Of a stretch of 64,000 nucleotides of DNA, positions 42,330-52,645 are shown one piece after another (position 1 is the first letter of the stretch; the number at the start of each line of letters is the position of its first letter). Source of the stretch: a phage; NCBI GenBank assembly GCA_012690745.1, contig GCA_012690745.1_4086.2; one strand, given 5' to 3'. The notes below the pieces were generated by a model that saw nothing but the letters and a program-made list of their open reading frames with translations, did no database searches and was not told the DNA's origin. The position numbers were made by a program, and so were the translations under genes.

Positions 42330-42498
42330 CATTGCTAAACTATTCAATATATATTCTACTAGAATGATGCAAACAGACTCATATAGTACTGAATTCAAAG
42401 AGTTGAAAGTCCTGATGTACTTGGGAACCCAATATCAGGAACAAGTTATTTTGGAATATATTAATTCGCTGAAGAAGGATATCCGTTATGTACGATGA
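42307..42498 (+). CDS. small paralog family member interleaved in large array
   Basis: Starts MKII; motif MYLGTQYQEQVI. Confidence 0.5.
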   Translation: MKIIDQNDIAKLFNIYSTRMMQTDSYSTEFKELKVLMYLGTQYQEQVILEYINSLKKDIRYVR

Positions 42499-43048
42499 TT
42501 TAGATATTGCGTTTGAACGTATGGTAATTTTAATGCAATGTGCAGAAATGCATGAAACAATCCGTCGCACCAAAGGGATTGAATATACAAGTAAACTATT
42601 CTCATACGAAAGTCGTCGAGGGATGGATCATTTTTACTGCACTGATTGTTCAAAGTTTTCAGTACTGAAATATTATCATCCTACTGTTTCCAATAATAGT
42701 TTAATATCCACATATGACGGTGATCTGTTTAGTGTAATGTATGACACATTACATCCATCAATTTCAATCTATAAAGATTGCGATAGTAGTTTATCGTATA
42801 TAATTGAAGATTACTTATCTCCTAATACTGAAGAGAATATTTTTCAGAACAGTGTGTTGCATGATGAATTAAGTATAAAATGCATCTATATGTTCAATAA
42901 GTTAAAAGAGTACGCCGATAATAATTACTTAATTGATAAGTTAGCAGTATTGTCTGTTTCCGTTTTTAATACAAATGACATTGATATGAAATACTATAAT
43001 GAGATTTGTAAAGTACATCATATGTATAAGGAACTATTATGTCAATAA
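42488..43048 (+). CDS. EYFQ-motif paralog family member
   Basis: Motif TEENIFQNSVLHD. Confidence 0.55.
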   Translation: MYDDLDIAFERMVILMQCAEMHETIRRTKGIEYTSKLFSYESRRGMDHFYCTDCSKFSVLKYYHPTVSNNSLISTYDGDLFSVMYDTLHPSISIYKDCDSSLSYIIEDYLSPNTEENIFQNSVLHDELSIKCIYMFNKLKEYADNNYLIDKLAVLSVSVFNTNDIDMKYYNEICKVHHMYKELLCQ

Positions 43049-43641
43049 ATGCAAATAAATGTTGTAGTGCAGATGTGCATTTGTTTTTTAAGAAATTAGC
43101 AAATGATATTATATATATGCAGGAAATGATTTATCACAAACGAGCGGATTTAGAAAAAGCATTAGTACAGTTCTCATTTATGCTTGATGGTGATATATTT
43201 CTAGAGAGTGATGCATTGCGAATAGTATTAGACAAAAATGCTAAAAGATTTTTATTTCATATAGATAATAAATTATGTTCCTCCGTATGTCGTACTTTTT
43301 ATAATCGTGATTCGGACTTATATCAATTCCTTTATTCTAAAGGTGCAGTAGAAGCATCATATGGTGATGGTTATGCCCTAGGAAAGAGTATTCCATTTAT
43401 GAAATCATTTAAAATAGAACACATCAGTACTGATGAAGATGCAATGTTCACAAATGATATAACTATGGGACGTGAAGATGCAATGCGATATATTACAAAT
43501 TCTATGCATACATTCTTTCAACGAACAGAATTTGATAATGTATATATATCAAATGTAAATATTTTCAATGACCTGTGTCAGTACTTGAGAAGTGTTTGTG
43601 ATTTTGATGAAAGCTATTGTAAGCTTTATACTGAGGTATAA
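43039..43641 (+). CDS. hypothetical protein (weak family resemblance)
   Basis: Track ORF; degenerate motif EDAMFTNDITMG. Confidence 0.45.
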   Translation: MSINANKCCSADVHLFFKKLANDIIYMQEMIYHKRADLEKALVQFSFMLDGDIFLESDALRIVLDKNAKRFLFHIDNKLCSSVCRTFYNRDSDLYQFLYSKGAVEASYGDGYALGKSIPFMKSFKIEHISTDEDAMFTNDITMGREDAMRYITNSMHTFFQRTEFDNVYISNVNIFNDLCQYLRSVCDFDESYCKLYTEV

Positions 43642-43646
43642 AACAA

Positions 43647-44009
43647 ATGAACACATTAAGTATTACATACTATACAACTAAAAAATTAGTTACTTGTTTA
43701 ATATCATTGAAGACAAACCATGATGATATGTTTGATATGGCTGCATATGAATTAGAATTATCAGAAGATGGCTTCAAGAGCTATGAAGTATATAGCTATG
43801 TTCGTGAAGATGTAATTGACACTACACTAATGCAAGAGGATGAGTTATTCCAAGAAAGTTTAGTATGGGATAATAAGTACGATTGTAACTTTGATTTCTT
43901 ATGTTTAATCCAGAAAGAAATGAAAAGAATCTTTGATAATTATCCAGTGAAGAGATTGAGTACTGGACCGGAGCAGTACAGGAGAATTTTATTCCGTTAT
44001 GAAGACTGA
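43647..44009 (+). CDS. EYFQ-motif paralog family member
   Basis: Motif QEDELFQESLVWD. Confidence 0.55.
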   Translation: MNTLSITYYTTKKLVTCLISLKTNHDDMFDMAAYELELSEDGFKSYEVYSYVREDVIDTTLMQEDELFQESLVWDNKYDCNFDFLCLIQKEMKRIFDNYPVKRLSTGPEQYRRILFRYED

Positions 44010-44334
44010 ATTAGTGAAAGTAATGTACGCTACTCATATTAAACTACTACTTGTGAAATTTGATTATAATAAAAAACATAATGATTTCTATACTTTAATT
44101 CGTGATGAAAATACATTCTCCTTGCGATGCAACAATATACCGTTGAAGATAAATGATTTTACTTCACTTGACGAGGGTGAATTATTTCAAGAATCATTAG
44201 TTTTTAATAGTAATATAAAAATTGATATAGAAGTTATTAAAAAATACCAGATTTTATTGAACAAAATTATGAATTGTTATCCATGTGAAATAGGAGGTCA
44301 TATGCAGTTCAAATCAAAAATGTATGAATTATGA
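43999..44334 (+). CDS. EYFQ-motif paralog family member
   Basis: Motif DEGELFQESLVFN. Confidence 0.55.
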   Translation: MKTELVKVMYATHIKLLLVKFDYNKKHNDFYTLIRDENTFSLRCNNIPLKINDFTSLDEGELFQESLVFNSNIKIDIEVIKKYQILLNKIMNCYPCEIGGHMQFKSKMYEL

Positions 44335-44878
44335 GGTTTATATGTTAGATGAAAAAATGAACAATGGAACACAATATAATCATCTTAAGTTGGATACATT
44401 CGAATCAGCTATCAGTACTGCACAAGATATAATTGATATTATCAAGTTCATTAAAGAAAATAAGTTCAAATGTTTGAAAATACTAAATCGTTCAATGTAC
44501 CGTGATAAAAATATTCATGTATCAGTACGTAGACCGAAAGATCAAGAAAGTGGGAGAGATTTCTATAACAACAGTGAGCAGTTCGAATGTGAATATGATC
44601 CAGAATTCAGAGGCGGTTTCATGTGTTACAGTATAAAGGATACCTCACACATTGAGATACGTTCATCGAAAGGTGGCATACGTACATTAGAGTTCATTGA
44701 TATAGTTTTAAATCAGGAATACTACTTTCAACTATCATTATTGTTTCCTGCATACGATTTAGGAGTTCTATTCATGTATAAGTACTTTCATGAGCACTGG
44801 AATGAAGACTTCTATCTGGACTTAGAAGATTACCAATTAGTTTGGAAAGAAATGGTAGAACTTCGCAATCCCTCTTGA
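44324..44878 (+). CDS. EYFQ-motif paralog family member
   Basis: Motif NQEYYFQLSLLF. Confidence 0.55.
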   Translation: MNYEVYMLDEKMNNGTQYNHLKLDTFESAISTAQDIIDIIKFIKENKFKCLKILNRSMYRDKNIHVSVRRPKDQESGRDFYNNSEQFECEYDPEFRGGFMCYSIKDTSHIEIRSSKGGIRTLEFIDIVLNQEYYFQLSLLFPAYDLGVLFMYKYFHEHWNEDFYLDLEDYQLVWKEMVELRNPS

Positions 44879-44904
44879 CACCCACCGATTCTTTGTGATA
44901 TAAT
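44875..44904 (+). promoter_or_regulatory. sigma70-like promoter inside the array (extended -10)
   Basis: -35 TTGACA 44875-44880, 18-nt spacer, TGaTATAAT with -10 at 44899-44904; hairpin cccttta...taaaggg follows. Confidence 0.6.
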
Positions 44905-44937
44905 CCCTTTATATTAATTGTAAAGGGTTATAACACA

Positions 44938-45414
44938 ATGTCCAACGAACTCACATTCACCAATGCACAAAAAATAGCAAAAGACATTATCAGGGTTTAT
45001 AAATTCCTTGCGAATGTTACTGAAGATTTTTTAATTGATAAAAATAAAGTTATTAAACGAAATGGATACCTTTCCTTTATGGATGGGTTACTCTATAGTT
45101 CAGATGAATCATCTTGTGGTATTAGAGTACTTGATACTGTACCAAACGGAGATTTTATTTCATACCATTTTCCAAGTTCAGATAATTTCAAATACTACAA
45201 TAGTATTCTCATAGGAGAATACTTTGATACGATTGTAATTAACAATGAAGAAGAGTTCTTCCAGTACAGTACTGTGTATCCAGAGAGGATTGTTTTCAGT
45301 TCAGTGATTTTAACAGCCCTTAAAAATGAACTAAATTCCGATAGTGATCATTTCTACTTGGACCTGAACAATGTCGATTGTATTATTGAGTACCTGGAGA
45401 AAAATGGTTTATGA
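44938..45414 (+). CDS. EYFQ-motif paralog family member
   Basis: Motif NEEEFFQYSTVYP. Confidence 0.55.
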   Translation: MSNELTFTNAQKIAKDIIRVYKFLANVTEDFLIDKNKVIKRNGYLSFMDGLLYSSDESSCGIRVLDTVPNGDFISYHFPSSDNFKYYNSILIGEYFDTIVINNEEEFFQYSTVYPERIVFSSVILTALKNELNSDSDHFYLDLNNVDCIIEYLEKNGL

Positions 45415-45896
45415 TTACTACAGAATATGATTACTATGGTGTTTTAGAATTTACAGAAAATATCTATCGCATTGCAAAGGAGTTCAGAAGTCCTAAGCCT
45501 TTTGGTGGAATGCCTTTTGGTGGTATGTTTCAATACGATGAGTTCAGTTCATCTAAAGGAAGACTAGCATTTACTAATGGTAGAGGTAATCAAATCTACG
45601 CGGAGTACTTTGATGATAATGACTTTCATTACAAAGCCGAATACATTTCATATTGCCCTGGGTCTGATTTGAAGATTAATATTGATACATTTAGAGAAGC
45701 AGTATTTGTTCCGTATAATGATTTAGTCTTCATGTCAGAGGAAATGTACTTTCAGGGTTCTTGTATTCATGATGTAAAAGTACTTAATGCTATGTTATTT
45801 TATGGTGCACTACTTAATCATTACAAATACAATCAACGATTCTTTTTAGATTTAGCAGTCTACTATAAATGCGTGGATTATTTGAATGCAAAATAA
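45411..45896 (+). CDS. EYFQ-motif paralog family member
   Basis: ATGA overlap; motif SEEMYFQGSCIHD. Confidence 0.55.
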   Translation: MITTEYDYYGVLEFTENIYRIAKEFRSPKPFGGMPFGGMFQYDEFSSSKGRLAFTNGRGNQIYAEYFDDNDFHYKAEYISYCPGSDLKINIDTFREAVFVPYNDLVFMSEEMYFQGSCIHDVKVLNAMLFYGALLNHYKYNQRFFLDLAVYYKCVDYLNAK

Positions 45897-46248
45897 GAAA
45901 ACAATTCAGTACATGACTGATGGTTCTGAATACTTTGTTTCAAGATATGTAATCAACTACAACCATTATGTAACCTATATTCCAGAGTACAATCAATTTT
46001 ATATTCAGATTTATCAAAATAATGGAAAGATAAATGATATATATTCAGAAATAAAAATCCCTGATTATAGTACTTTATCAGAAGAGGAATTGTTTCAGGA
46101 GAACACTATAAGTACTGAAGATGTGTACGAAATAATGGAATACCAAAAGGTACTTAAACATTTTCATGAAGCAAATGATATACAAATAGATATTGTTAAA
46201 CCGTGGTGTTACAATACATATGAGGTAAATTATGTTAGAAATGATTAA
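45886..46248 (+). CDS. EYFQ-motif paralog family member
   Basis: Motif SEEELFQENTIS. Confidence 0.55.
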   Translation: MQNKKTIQYMTDGSEYFVSRYVINYNHYVTYIPEYNQFYIQIYQNNGKINDIYSEIKIPDYSTLSEEELFQENTISTEDVYEIMEYQKVLKHFHEANDIQIDIVKPWCYNTYEVNYVRND

Positions 46249-46645
46249 AATTATGCAACGCTGTCTTGTTGATCAACACGGGGTATATGGATATCGTTTA
46301 AGTGCTCCTATTGACAAAAATAAAACAACCTATGTAAGCTATAATGCTGTACATGGATTTGATATATTCATTGATGCCAACAATAAAATCAAACAAGCTA
46401 AGGATGTGTCTATAATGACCCCTGATGAGTTATTCCAGTACAGCTTAGTTCTTCCTACATGTATCGATTTACAACGTCTAGGAGCGATACAGAAGGTTTT
46501 ACGCGAACATAAAGTACAACCCAATAAAGTCACACACATTCCAGAAACAATCTTCAAAACCATAGAAGTAGAAACTCCTGATTATATGTTAAGTGATGAT
46601 GAGTACTACGAAAAACACTTCCCTGGTAAAGTTTGGAGAGACTAA
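46232..46645 (+). CDS. EYFQ-motif paralog family member
   Basis: Motif TPDELFQYSLVLP. Confidence 0.55.
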   Translation: MLEMIKIMQRCLVDQHGVYGYRLSAPIDKNKTTYVSYNAVHGFDIFIDANNKIKQAKDVSIMTPDELFQYSLVLPTCIDLQRLGAIQKVLREHKVQPNKVTHIPETIFKTIEVETPDYMLSDDEYYEKHFPGKVWRD

Positions 46646-47136
46646 TGAACCGAAAGTACAGAGAAACTATGAAGTTCGCTAAGGAGTGTTTAGAAGTGTT
46701 TGAGTTCATCAATGCTCATAAAGATTTATTCCATAGATACATTGCAATCAGTGAGACAGATGACCATAGGTACATATGTTCTCGAATTCAAGATAAGATA
46801 TATAAGATTGTGTTCTCGGAAACATACACAGATACATCTAATTCACTATATGATTTTGCACGTACTGATTACGTTTCATACAAATCTTGGTCTGATAGTA
46901 TTAAAATTGTGCACAAGCAAAATACATTTTATTCTTTTCTTACGGACATTTCCGAAGAAAGTTACTTTCAAAACAGTTTAATTTATACAGAAAAAGAACT
47001 CAAAATGTTATTCATAATGTCGTACTTTAAAAAGTACTGCAAATTTAATACATTATCTTTTGAGATTTCTGCAATGAAAGTATTCATTAAAAATGTAAAA
47101 GAATTAAAGAGGGCTTTTAATGTACATAGAAAATGA
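46633..47136 (+). CDS. EYFQ-motif paralog family member
   Basis: Motif SEESYFQNSLIYT. Confidence 0.55.
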   Translation: MERLMNRKYRETMKFAKECLEVFEFINAHKDLFHRYIAISETDDHRYICSRIQDKIYKIVFSETYTDTSNSLYDFARTDYVSYKSWSDSIKIVHKQNTFYSFLTDISEESYFQNSLIYTEKELKMLFIMSYFKKYCKFNTLSFEISAMKVFIKNVKELKRAFNVHRK

Positions 47137-47662
47137 GAATGTAAAATGCATTACTGACATTTGTATAAAATTAATGAAAATTTTCATTAACCCAAAATAC
47201 AAGACTCGTTCTTTACGTCATAATATTGATGAGCATTGTACCATTAATATACTAGGTAGTATTCTTGATGTAAAATATGATGGTAAAATGTTATTCGGTA
47301 TAAGAGAAGAGAAGATAGATGATGCATTCTTTTCTTCTAAAGATAAATTTGAACCTTCTGATTATAAAGTGATTATTCGTGATGATAGCATCTATATTAG
47401 TAGTGATTATTCAAATTACTTCGATAAAATATACACTGAAAACGTTGACTACCATTATGAAATGATTGATTTACCAGTAACAGACATTGATATGGAGAGA
47501 ATCAAATTTTCATTATCAGATAATGAGTACTTAGGTATACAAACATATTATTCACTACAAGGAAAGATTCCACCTGCTATGTATATAAGGATTGAGATTG
47601 GTAATGTATTCAATGATAAGGTTATATCAATTGCTGATAAAATATTGGGGGTTGAATTATGA
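47120..47662 (+). CDS. hypothetical protein (array member, motif not evident)
   Basis: Track ORF; contiguous with array. Confidence 0.45.
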   Translation: MYIENENVKCITDICIKLMKIFINPKYKTRSLRHNIDEHCTINILGSILDVKYDGKMLFGIREEKIDDAFFSSKDKFEPSDYKVIIRDDSIYISSDYSNYFDKIYTENVDYHYEMIDLPVTDIDMERIKFSLSDNEYLGIQTYYSLQGKIPPAMYIRIEIGNVFNDKVISIADKILGVEL

Positions 47663-48222
47663 ATATCAATGATTACCAATTTCATAGGCTTGAATTTCGT
47701 CATTGTGTTGCATTTGCAAAAACATTGATGTGCATCATTGACACTCTTTCATCCAAACAATTTCGTAAGGATAATGATTTATTTCTGAAAAAAGGTCGTG
47801 TAACATCATCCGATATCTGTGTTGAACTATTTGTTGATATCAGTGTTGATACCGGAGACAGTACAAGGGTTGGTTGTATAGGTCATATTGGTACACATTG
47901 CTTCACATGGAATCCAAATACAAGTCAAGTACGAATTGATTATAGAAATTCACGTTGGGTTGATCTTAGTACTGAATCCGATTTAGAATCAGCTATGTTC
48001 CAGCTAAGTTTAATTCACAATCCTAATGAACTTCTTTACATTATTACTTTCAGTTATCTGTTACAAAACTACGATAAACCATCAGGGTTTTTCATAGAAT
48101 CGGATATAGAAGAAATTATGGAAGAGTTTCCTAGTTTAAAGGATATTCTGGTAGAAAAAGATTTCTATGAAGACTTCAGAGATTTATACGACATGCACTT
48201 GGAGTTATTTAAGAATGGATAA
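47659..48222 (+). CDS. EYFQ-motif paralog family member
   Basis: ATGA overlap; motif LESAMFQLSLIHN. Confidence 0.55.
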   Translation: MNINDYQFHRLEFRHCVAFAKTLMCIIDTLSSKQFRKDNDLFLKKGRVTSSDICVELFVDISVDTGDSTRVGCIGHIGTHCFTWNPNTSQVRIDYRNSRWVDLSTESDLESAMFQLSLIHNPNELLYIITFSYLLQNYDKPSGFFIESDIEEIMEEFPSLKDILVEKDFYEDFRDLYDMHLELFKNG

Positions 48223-48733
48223 AGATGATATTCTAATTAGACTAATCAACAGTCTGTTAAATTTCGTGAATAGTGCCAGTGATACACACAATATAGGTGA
48301 CATTGAATTCAAATCATTTGGAATGTACGGTGAGGAAAAAACATATTATGCATCAATGAAATTCCAAGATTATTATGAAATGTTAGTTTCATTATCATAC
48401 GAAGATGTGGACCCAAGATGGAGTTCCAGTATTTCACTATCGAGAATGGTAATTCGTAGTAAACATCGTTACATTTCGTCAAAGAATACTCCCAACTTGT
48501 TTGATATTGTTTTAAATGAAAATACCAATCCTATATCTAAACATGATATCGTACCTTTAACTGATGAAGTACTTTTTCAATTGAGTACCATTTGTGATGA
48601 AGATGTGATATCATGTATGAAAATTTATGAGAAGGTTGGGAGTGATATTCCCATGAACTATTACCTAACGATAGATGGAACATACCTCAGAGATGAAGCT
48701 CTAGCGTACATTGACAGTGTTTTACCAAAATAA
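48215..48733 (+). CDS. EYFQ-motif paralog family member
   Basis: Trimmed from track 48167 to ATG 48215 (RBS GGAG); motif TDEVLFQLSTICD. Confidence 0.55.
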   Translation: MDKDDILIRLINSLLNFVNSASDTHNIGDIEFKSFGMYGEEKTYYASMKFQDYYEMLVSLSYEDVDPRWSSSISLSRMVIRSKHRYISSKNTPNLFDIVLNENTNPISKHDIVPLTDEVLFQLSTICDEDVISCMKIYEKVGSDIPMNYYLTIDGTYLRDEALAYIDSVLPK

Positions 48734-48755
48734 AGACCCTTATGGGTCTTTTTGT
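48734..48755 (+). terminator. rho-independent terminator
   Basis: Stem agaccc / gggtct, loop ttat, T tract. Confidence 0.7.
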
Positions 48756-48764
48756 GTTTATGTC

Positions 48765-48793
48765 TTTACAGTAGCATTTAGATGTGTTATAAT
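48765..48793 (+). promoter_or_regulatory. sigma70-like promoter inside the array
   Basis: -35 TTTACA 48765-48770, 17-nt spacer, TGtTATAAT with -10 at 48788-48793. Confidence 0.6.
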
Positions 48794-48820
48794 CGCTTTT
48801 AATAGAGGATAGGAGAAGAT

Positions 48821-49387
48821 ATGAGTACTGAATTAATTAAAGAAGTTACCTTACTTCTGAAGCATTGTTTTAAGTTCATTCCTGATACTGGTTCACGCCA
48901 GTACATTAAAGTTAATGAGAAATATAACATCAATATCCTTGTATCTGAAACTGCGAGCAGTTATGCTAACATTGAGTTGGATTCTGAAGAAAAATATACA
49001 GTATTACAAATCATAGCAGATGTACAACGTAAACAAGATTATCGTTCTTCATTTTACAACGATTATCTGTGTGTTTGCTCAAACTTCAGTGAGAATAAAA
49101 TTGTGTATAAGAATTTATACACACATGAAGTGATTGATACATATAATTATAAAATTTCATCTGATGAATACAATGTGCTAATGTTCAACGCAAACCTTTT
49201 GTATGATGCCAGTACTGTACGCTGTTTAGAGTTAGCATATAAAATTCCAAAGATCATGGAAAGAAAAGATTTGATTCACTTTAAAACTATTTTAAAATAC
49301 AGTACAAAAGAATTAGAGGATTTAGTACAGGCTCTTAAGAATTTCATTAATGAACATGTACCTGTTAAATTCGAGGATGCACAATGA
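48821..49387 (+). CDS. hypothetical protein (array member, degenerate motif)
   Basis: Track ORF; RBS AGGAGAAG. Confidence 0.5.
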   Translation: MSTELIKEVTLLLKHCFKFIPDTGSRQYIKVNEKYNINILVSETASSYANIELDSEEKYTVLQIIADVQRKQDYRSSFYNDYLCVCSNFSENKIVYKNLYTHEVIDTYNYKISSDEYNVLMFNANLLYDASTVRCLELAYKIPKIMERKDLIHFKTILKYSTKELEDLVQALKNFINEHVPVKFEDAQ

Positions 49388-49968
49388 ACCATATCAGAAC
49401 TAAAATTTTGAGACTCATGCATGACATTGCAGAACTTTCAGAGATTCATGACATTACAGAAATTGTTGAATTTGATAATTATCGACTGAAAATTGAAAAC
49501 AAATCCAAACATCGTTTTGGTTCAGTTCAGTTGGATGTATATAAAACTTATGAATTTTCTAAAAAAATTAAAAGTTCATGGGATACGATTACTATGTACA
49601 TTCGCACATCCAGAAATCGTGAACGTATTGGTTCTATTTCTTATAATATGGTATTTGCGAATGCATTACATGAAAAAATGAATAAAATTGTAGAATCTAA
49701 TTTCAGTGAAGATGATGGTTTTATTGGGTTGGATGTTCCACCAGAATTAGACCAAAGTGAAGATATTCGAGATGCATTCATTTTCCAGAAATCCTTGTTG
49801 GACAATTACAAAGAATTCGAGTACTTAATGCTTTGTTACGATACTGCAAAAATTCTTGATTGTGGTGAACTAGTTATGTACAATGATTTTATCAATTGCA
49901 AGACTGATGTTCTGAATACACTACTTCAAAATATAGAATCTGTTAAGGAAAAATATGAACGCTTATAG
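49384..49968 (+). CDS. EYFQ-motif paralog family member
   Basis: ATGA overlap; motif RDAFIFQKSLLDN. Confidence 0.55.
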   Translation: MNHIRTKILRLMHDIAELSEIHDITEIVEFDNYRLKIENKSKHRFGSVQLDVYKTYEFSKKIKSSWDTITMYIRTSRNRERIGSISYNMVFANALHEKMNKIVESNFSEDDGFIGLDVPPELDQSEDIRDAFIFQKSLLDNYKEFEYLMLCYDTAKILDCGELVMYNDFINCKTDVLNTLLQNIESVKEKYERL

Positions 49969-50536
49969 TTATATGACAGAACGCCATCAGTTATTATATG
50001 ATATCAGTAAAAAAATGCTATCAATTGTTGGTAGTGCGAAAGAAATTGAAAAACAATATCTCATCCGTGATGTATCAATTTCATCCAAATGTTGGTCAAA
50101 TGAATATTACGACCACGGTATTCTTACTATTTCTGGGGCTAGAAATATTTGTATTGTAAAAAATAAAAGTAAAAGTAATGAAGAGTGTGAGATTAGAACC
50201 GATATACAAATTAAGGATGATGGAAGTTTTTCACATCACCCATTCCATATTAGTACTATTGGTGTTTTATATAATATTAAAGTACTATTCGGTGATGAAG
50301 AGTATGTGTTAAAAGCTATCAATCCAGATTCAAGTACAGTTGAAGAAGAACTGTTCCAGATGAGCACTGTTATACCTGAAGAGGTTCTTAGTACTGTTGT
50401 TTTTTGTAGTTTAATTTATCATACATACAAAAAGAACCAATTCGATTTCCACATTTTAGGAACGTACATCTTCAATACTTTGAATGTTGATCGTTTAAAA
50501 GCATTAAATGCAGCAATGGATAAGGTGCTACAATGA
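49955..50536 (+). CDS. EYFQ-motif paralog family member
   Basis: Motif VEEELFQMSTVIP. Confidence 0.55.
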   Translation: MNAYSYMTERHQLLYDISKKMLSIVGSAKEIEKQYLIRDVSISSKCWSNEYYDHGILTISGARNICIVKNKSKSNEECEIRTDIQIKDDGSFSHHPFHISTIGVLYNIKVLFGDEEYVLKAINPDSSTVEEELFQMSTVIPEEVLSTVVFCSLIYHTYKKNQFDFHILGTYIFNTLNVDRLKALNAAMDKVLQ

Positions 50537-50961
50537 CAAGAGATGATTGTTTGTACATATGGGATATAATTGAAACTACACTTTCAAATCCAGAAAATTA
50601 TAAAACAAAAAAAAGACAACGACACAAAATATGGATAGATTTGTTCGTTGAGGGCATACACGCAGTGACTATTTGGGATTCACCGAGGGCATCAGCATCT
50701 ACTCTATTGGACAATGAATGCATTGATTGCATTAATTCCACTTTTCATCTCTACGGTACTACATTTTTCGGTACATTTCTGGATATTGAAAGTAAAGATG
50801 ATATTGATTCACTTGCGTTACAATACCAAGTACTGTATAATACTAAATTAATTTACGATTTAGTACTAGCTTCTTATGTGTATAAATTAATGATGAAATA
50901 TAATCATATTTCTGTTTCAGTTTATACTAAGGATATTCTTTCATTAAGAGACAAAACATGA
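50533..50961 (+). CDS. hypothetical protein (array member, weak motif)
   Basis: ATGA overlap; weak LALQYQVLYN. Confidence 0.45.
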   Translation: MTRDDCLYIWDIIETTLSNPENYKTKKRQRHKIWIDLFVEGIHAVTIWDSPRASASTLLDNECIDCINSTFHLYGTTFFGTFLDIESKDDIDSLALQYQVLYNTKLIYDLVLASYVYKLMMKYNHISVSVYTKDILSLRDKT

Positions 50962-51467
50962 GTTTATTAAATGCACGCGAATTAGTTGAGATGTATGAGA
51001 TTTTGTCTTCATATAAAAATTCTCATGGAGATGTGATTCTCGACAAAAAGTTCAATGTCAGTGTTGAACATATATCAAATATAGATATGATTTCTTTGGT
51101 GGAAAGTAATAAGTCAGGTCTTGAACGCGATATCATGCGTTTGATTTATATTCCCAAACCATCATATACTAATGATAGTTCAATTAGTAATGAGACATTC
51201 ATGTATAGTCCTGGTACGGATTCTACTATAGTATCGCTGTCCAATAAATCAATGGGTACTTTCCAATTCATCTATACCAGTACTGATAACATTGAAGAAA
51301 TTGAATTTCAAAACAATACATTAAGTCCATGTAGTAGTGTTATAACCTTTATGTCATATCTATGGTCAACTAAAACAAGTGCTGTTGTATATAGTTCAAA
51401 TTATACACAAGATAGTATTGTTGAATCATATAAAGTTCTAAAGGAATACTATGAAAATAACAAATGA
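50958..51467 (+). CDS. EYFQ-motif paralog family member
   Basis: ATGA overlap; motif IEEIEFQNNTLSP. Confidence 0.5.
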   Translation: MSLLNARELVEMYEILSSYKNSHGDVILDKKFNVSVEHISNIDMISLVESNKSGLERDIMRLIYIPKPSYTNDSSISNETFMYSPGTDSTIVSLSNKSMGTFQFIYTSTDNIEEIEFQNNTLSPCSSVITFMSYLWSTKTSAVVYSSNYTQDSIVESYKVLKEYYENNK

Positions 51468-52032
51468 TTTTATTAAAAGTGTAGTACACCCTATGCTTAG
51501 TATTATGAAAAAAATACAGAATCTACCGGAAGATAACGATTACAAGTTTAATCGTTTTGATTCAGATGTGTTTTGTATTGAAATTGAAATTAATAACAAT
51601 CGTAATTTACATTTAAAATTCAAAGAATCTTCGAGTCCGTACTACAACTTTGATATGAATTTTAAAATAGATACTGACATTGAAGAAAACGTAATATCAA
51701 ATCATACTAGCAAAAATGGTTTTATGCATAGAACTACTATGTACAATAATAAAAATAGTATTGTATCTAAATGGAATCATCAATTCACTAAAATTTGTGA
51801 AATTGAATATAATGATTTTGGTGAAGAACATTACTTTCAGTTAAGTACAATTCATGAACTTCCACCATATGATTATGTTAAAACATGGTTTGATATTCAT
51901 AATATAATTGATGATGCAATCAAACTTCCATTTGGTGTGTCAATATCATATACTGCACCTAAAACATTTGTTTTTACTGAAGATATGATTATGAAAAAGA
52001 TATGGGCAATCATCCCACTTATGATGGATTAA
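51451..52032 (+). CDS. EYFQ-motif paralog family member
   Basis: Motif GEEHYFQLSTIHE. Confidence 0.55.
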   Translation: MKITNDFIKSVVHPMLSIMKKIQNLPEDNDYKFNRFDSDVFCIEIEINNNRNLHLKFKESSSPYYNFDMNFKIDTDIEENVISNHTSKNGFMHRTTMYNNKNSIVSKWNHQFTKICEIEYNDFGEEHYFQLSTIHELPPYDYVKTWFDIHNIIDDAIKLPFGVSISYTAPKTFVFTEDMIMKKIWAIIPLMMD

Positions 52033-52038
52033 ATTTGT

Positions 52039-52064
52039 ACCAGGGGTTGACTCTGGTTTTTTTG
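52039..52064 (+). terminator. rho-independent terminator
   Basis: Stem accag / ctggt, 9-nt loop, T7 tract. Confidence 0.6.
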
Positions 52065-52093
52065 TATGATACATTGTCCTAAAGGAGAATTTT

Positions 52094-52645
52094 ATGAACT
52101 ACAATCATGATCTTTTTACATTATGTGCATCCAAATGTGTTGATGGATGGACAGATAAAATCAATACCATAATTCATCGATATCTGGTCTTTAGTTCTCG
52201 TGCACGAAGTGAGGGGGCTATGGATTTCAAATATACACTATCTATTGATGGTGTAACTATCCATGCAGACGAAGAACGTCTGAGCATTAATTTGTATGAT
52301 TCCTGTGTATTTGCTATTCACCAAAAGATGGGGAAAGGATGGGGTTGTAATAACATTAACTCAAAAGCTATCTTTTGGGTTGGTCACCACCAGACAGTAC
52401 TTGATCCTTCAATCAAATCTAATCTTTTATCCGATAATATGGTTTATGATTTATTGTACTCCGAAGAACAACATTTTCAGTTAAGTACATTACATGATCT
52501 GGCACAGTACGAGGATTGTTACAAAACATTAGAACTATGCCATTCCCTTGAACTTAAAGATAAATTGATACAAGTTTACCCTTCATTCTTTCATGAAGAA
52601 GTACAAAGTACACTAGATCATATTTTATATGGATACGATAAATGA
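52094..52645 (+). CDS. EYFQ-motif paralog family member
   Basis: RBS AAAGGAGAA; motif SEEQHFQLSTLHD. Confidence 0.6.
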   Translation: MNYNHDLFTLCASKCVDGWTDKINTIIHRYLVFSSRARSEGAMDFKYTLSIDGVTIHADEERLSINLYDSCVFAIHQKMGKGWGCNNINSKAIFWVGHHQTVLDPSIKSNLLSDNMVYDLLYSEEQHFQLSTLHDLAQYEDCYKTLELCHSLELKDKLIQVYPSFFHEEVQSTLDHILYGYDK

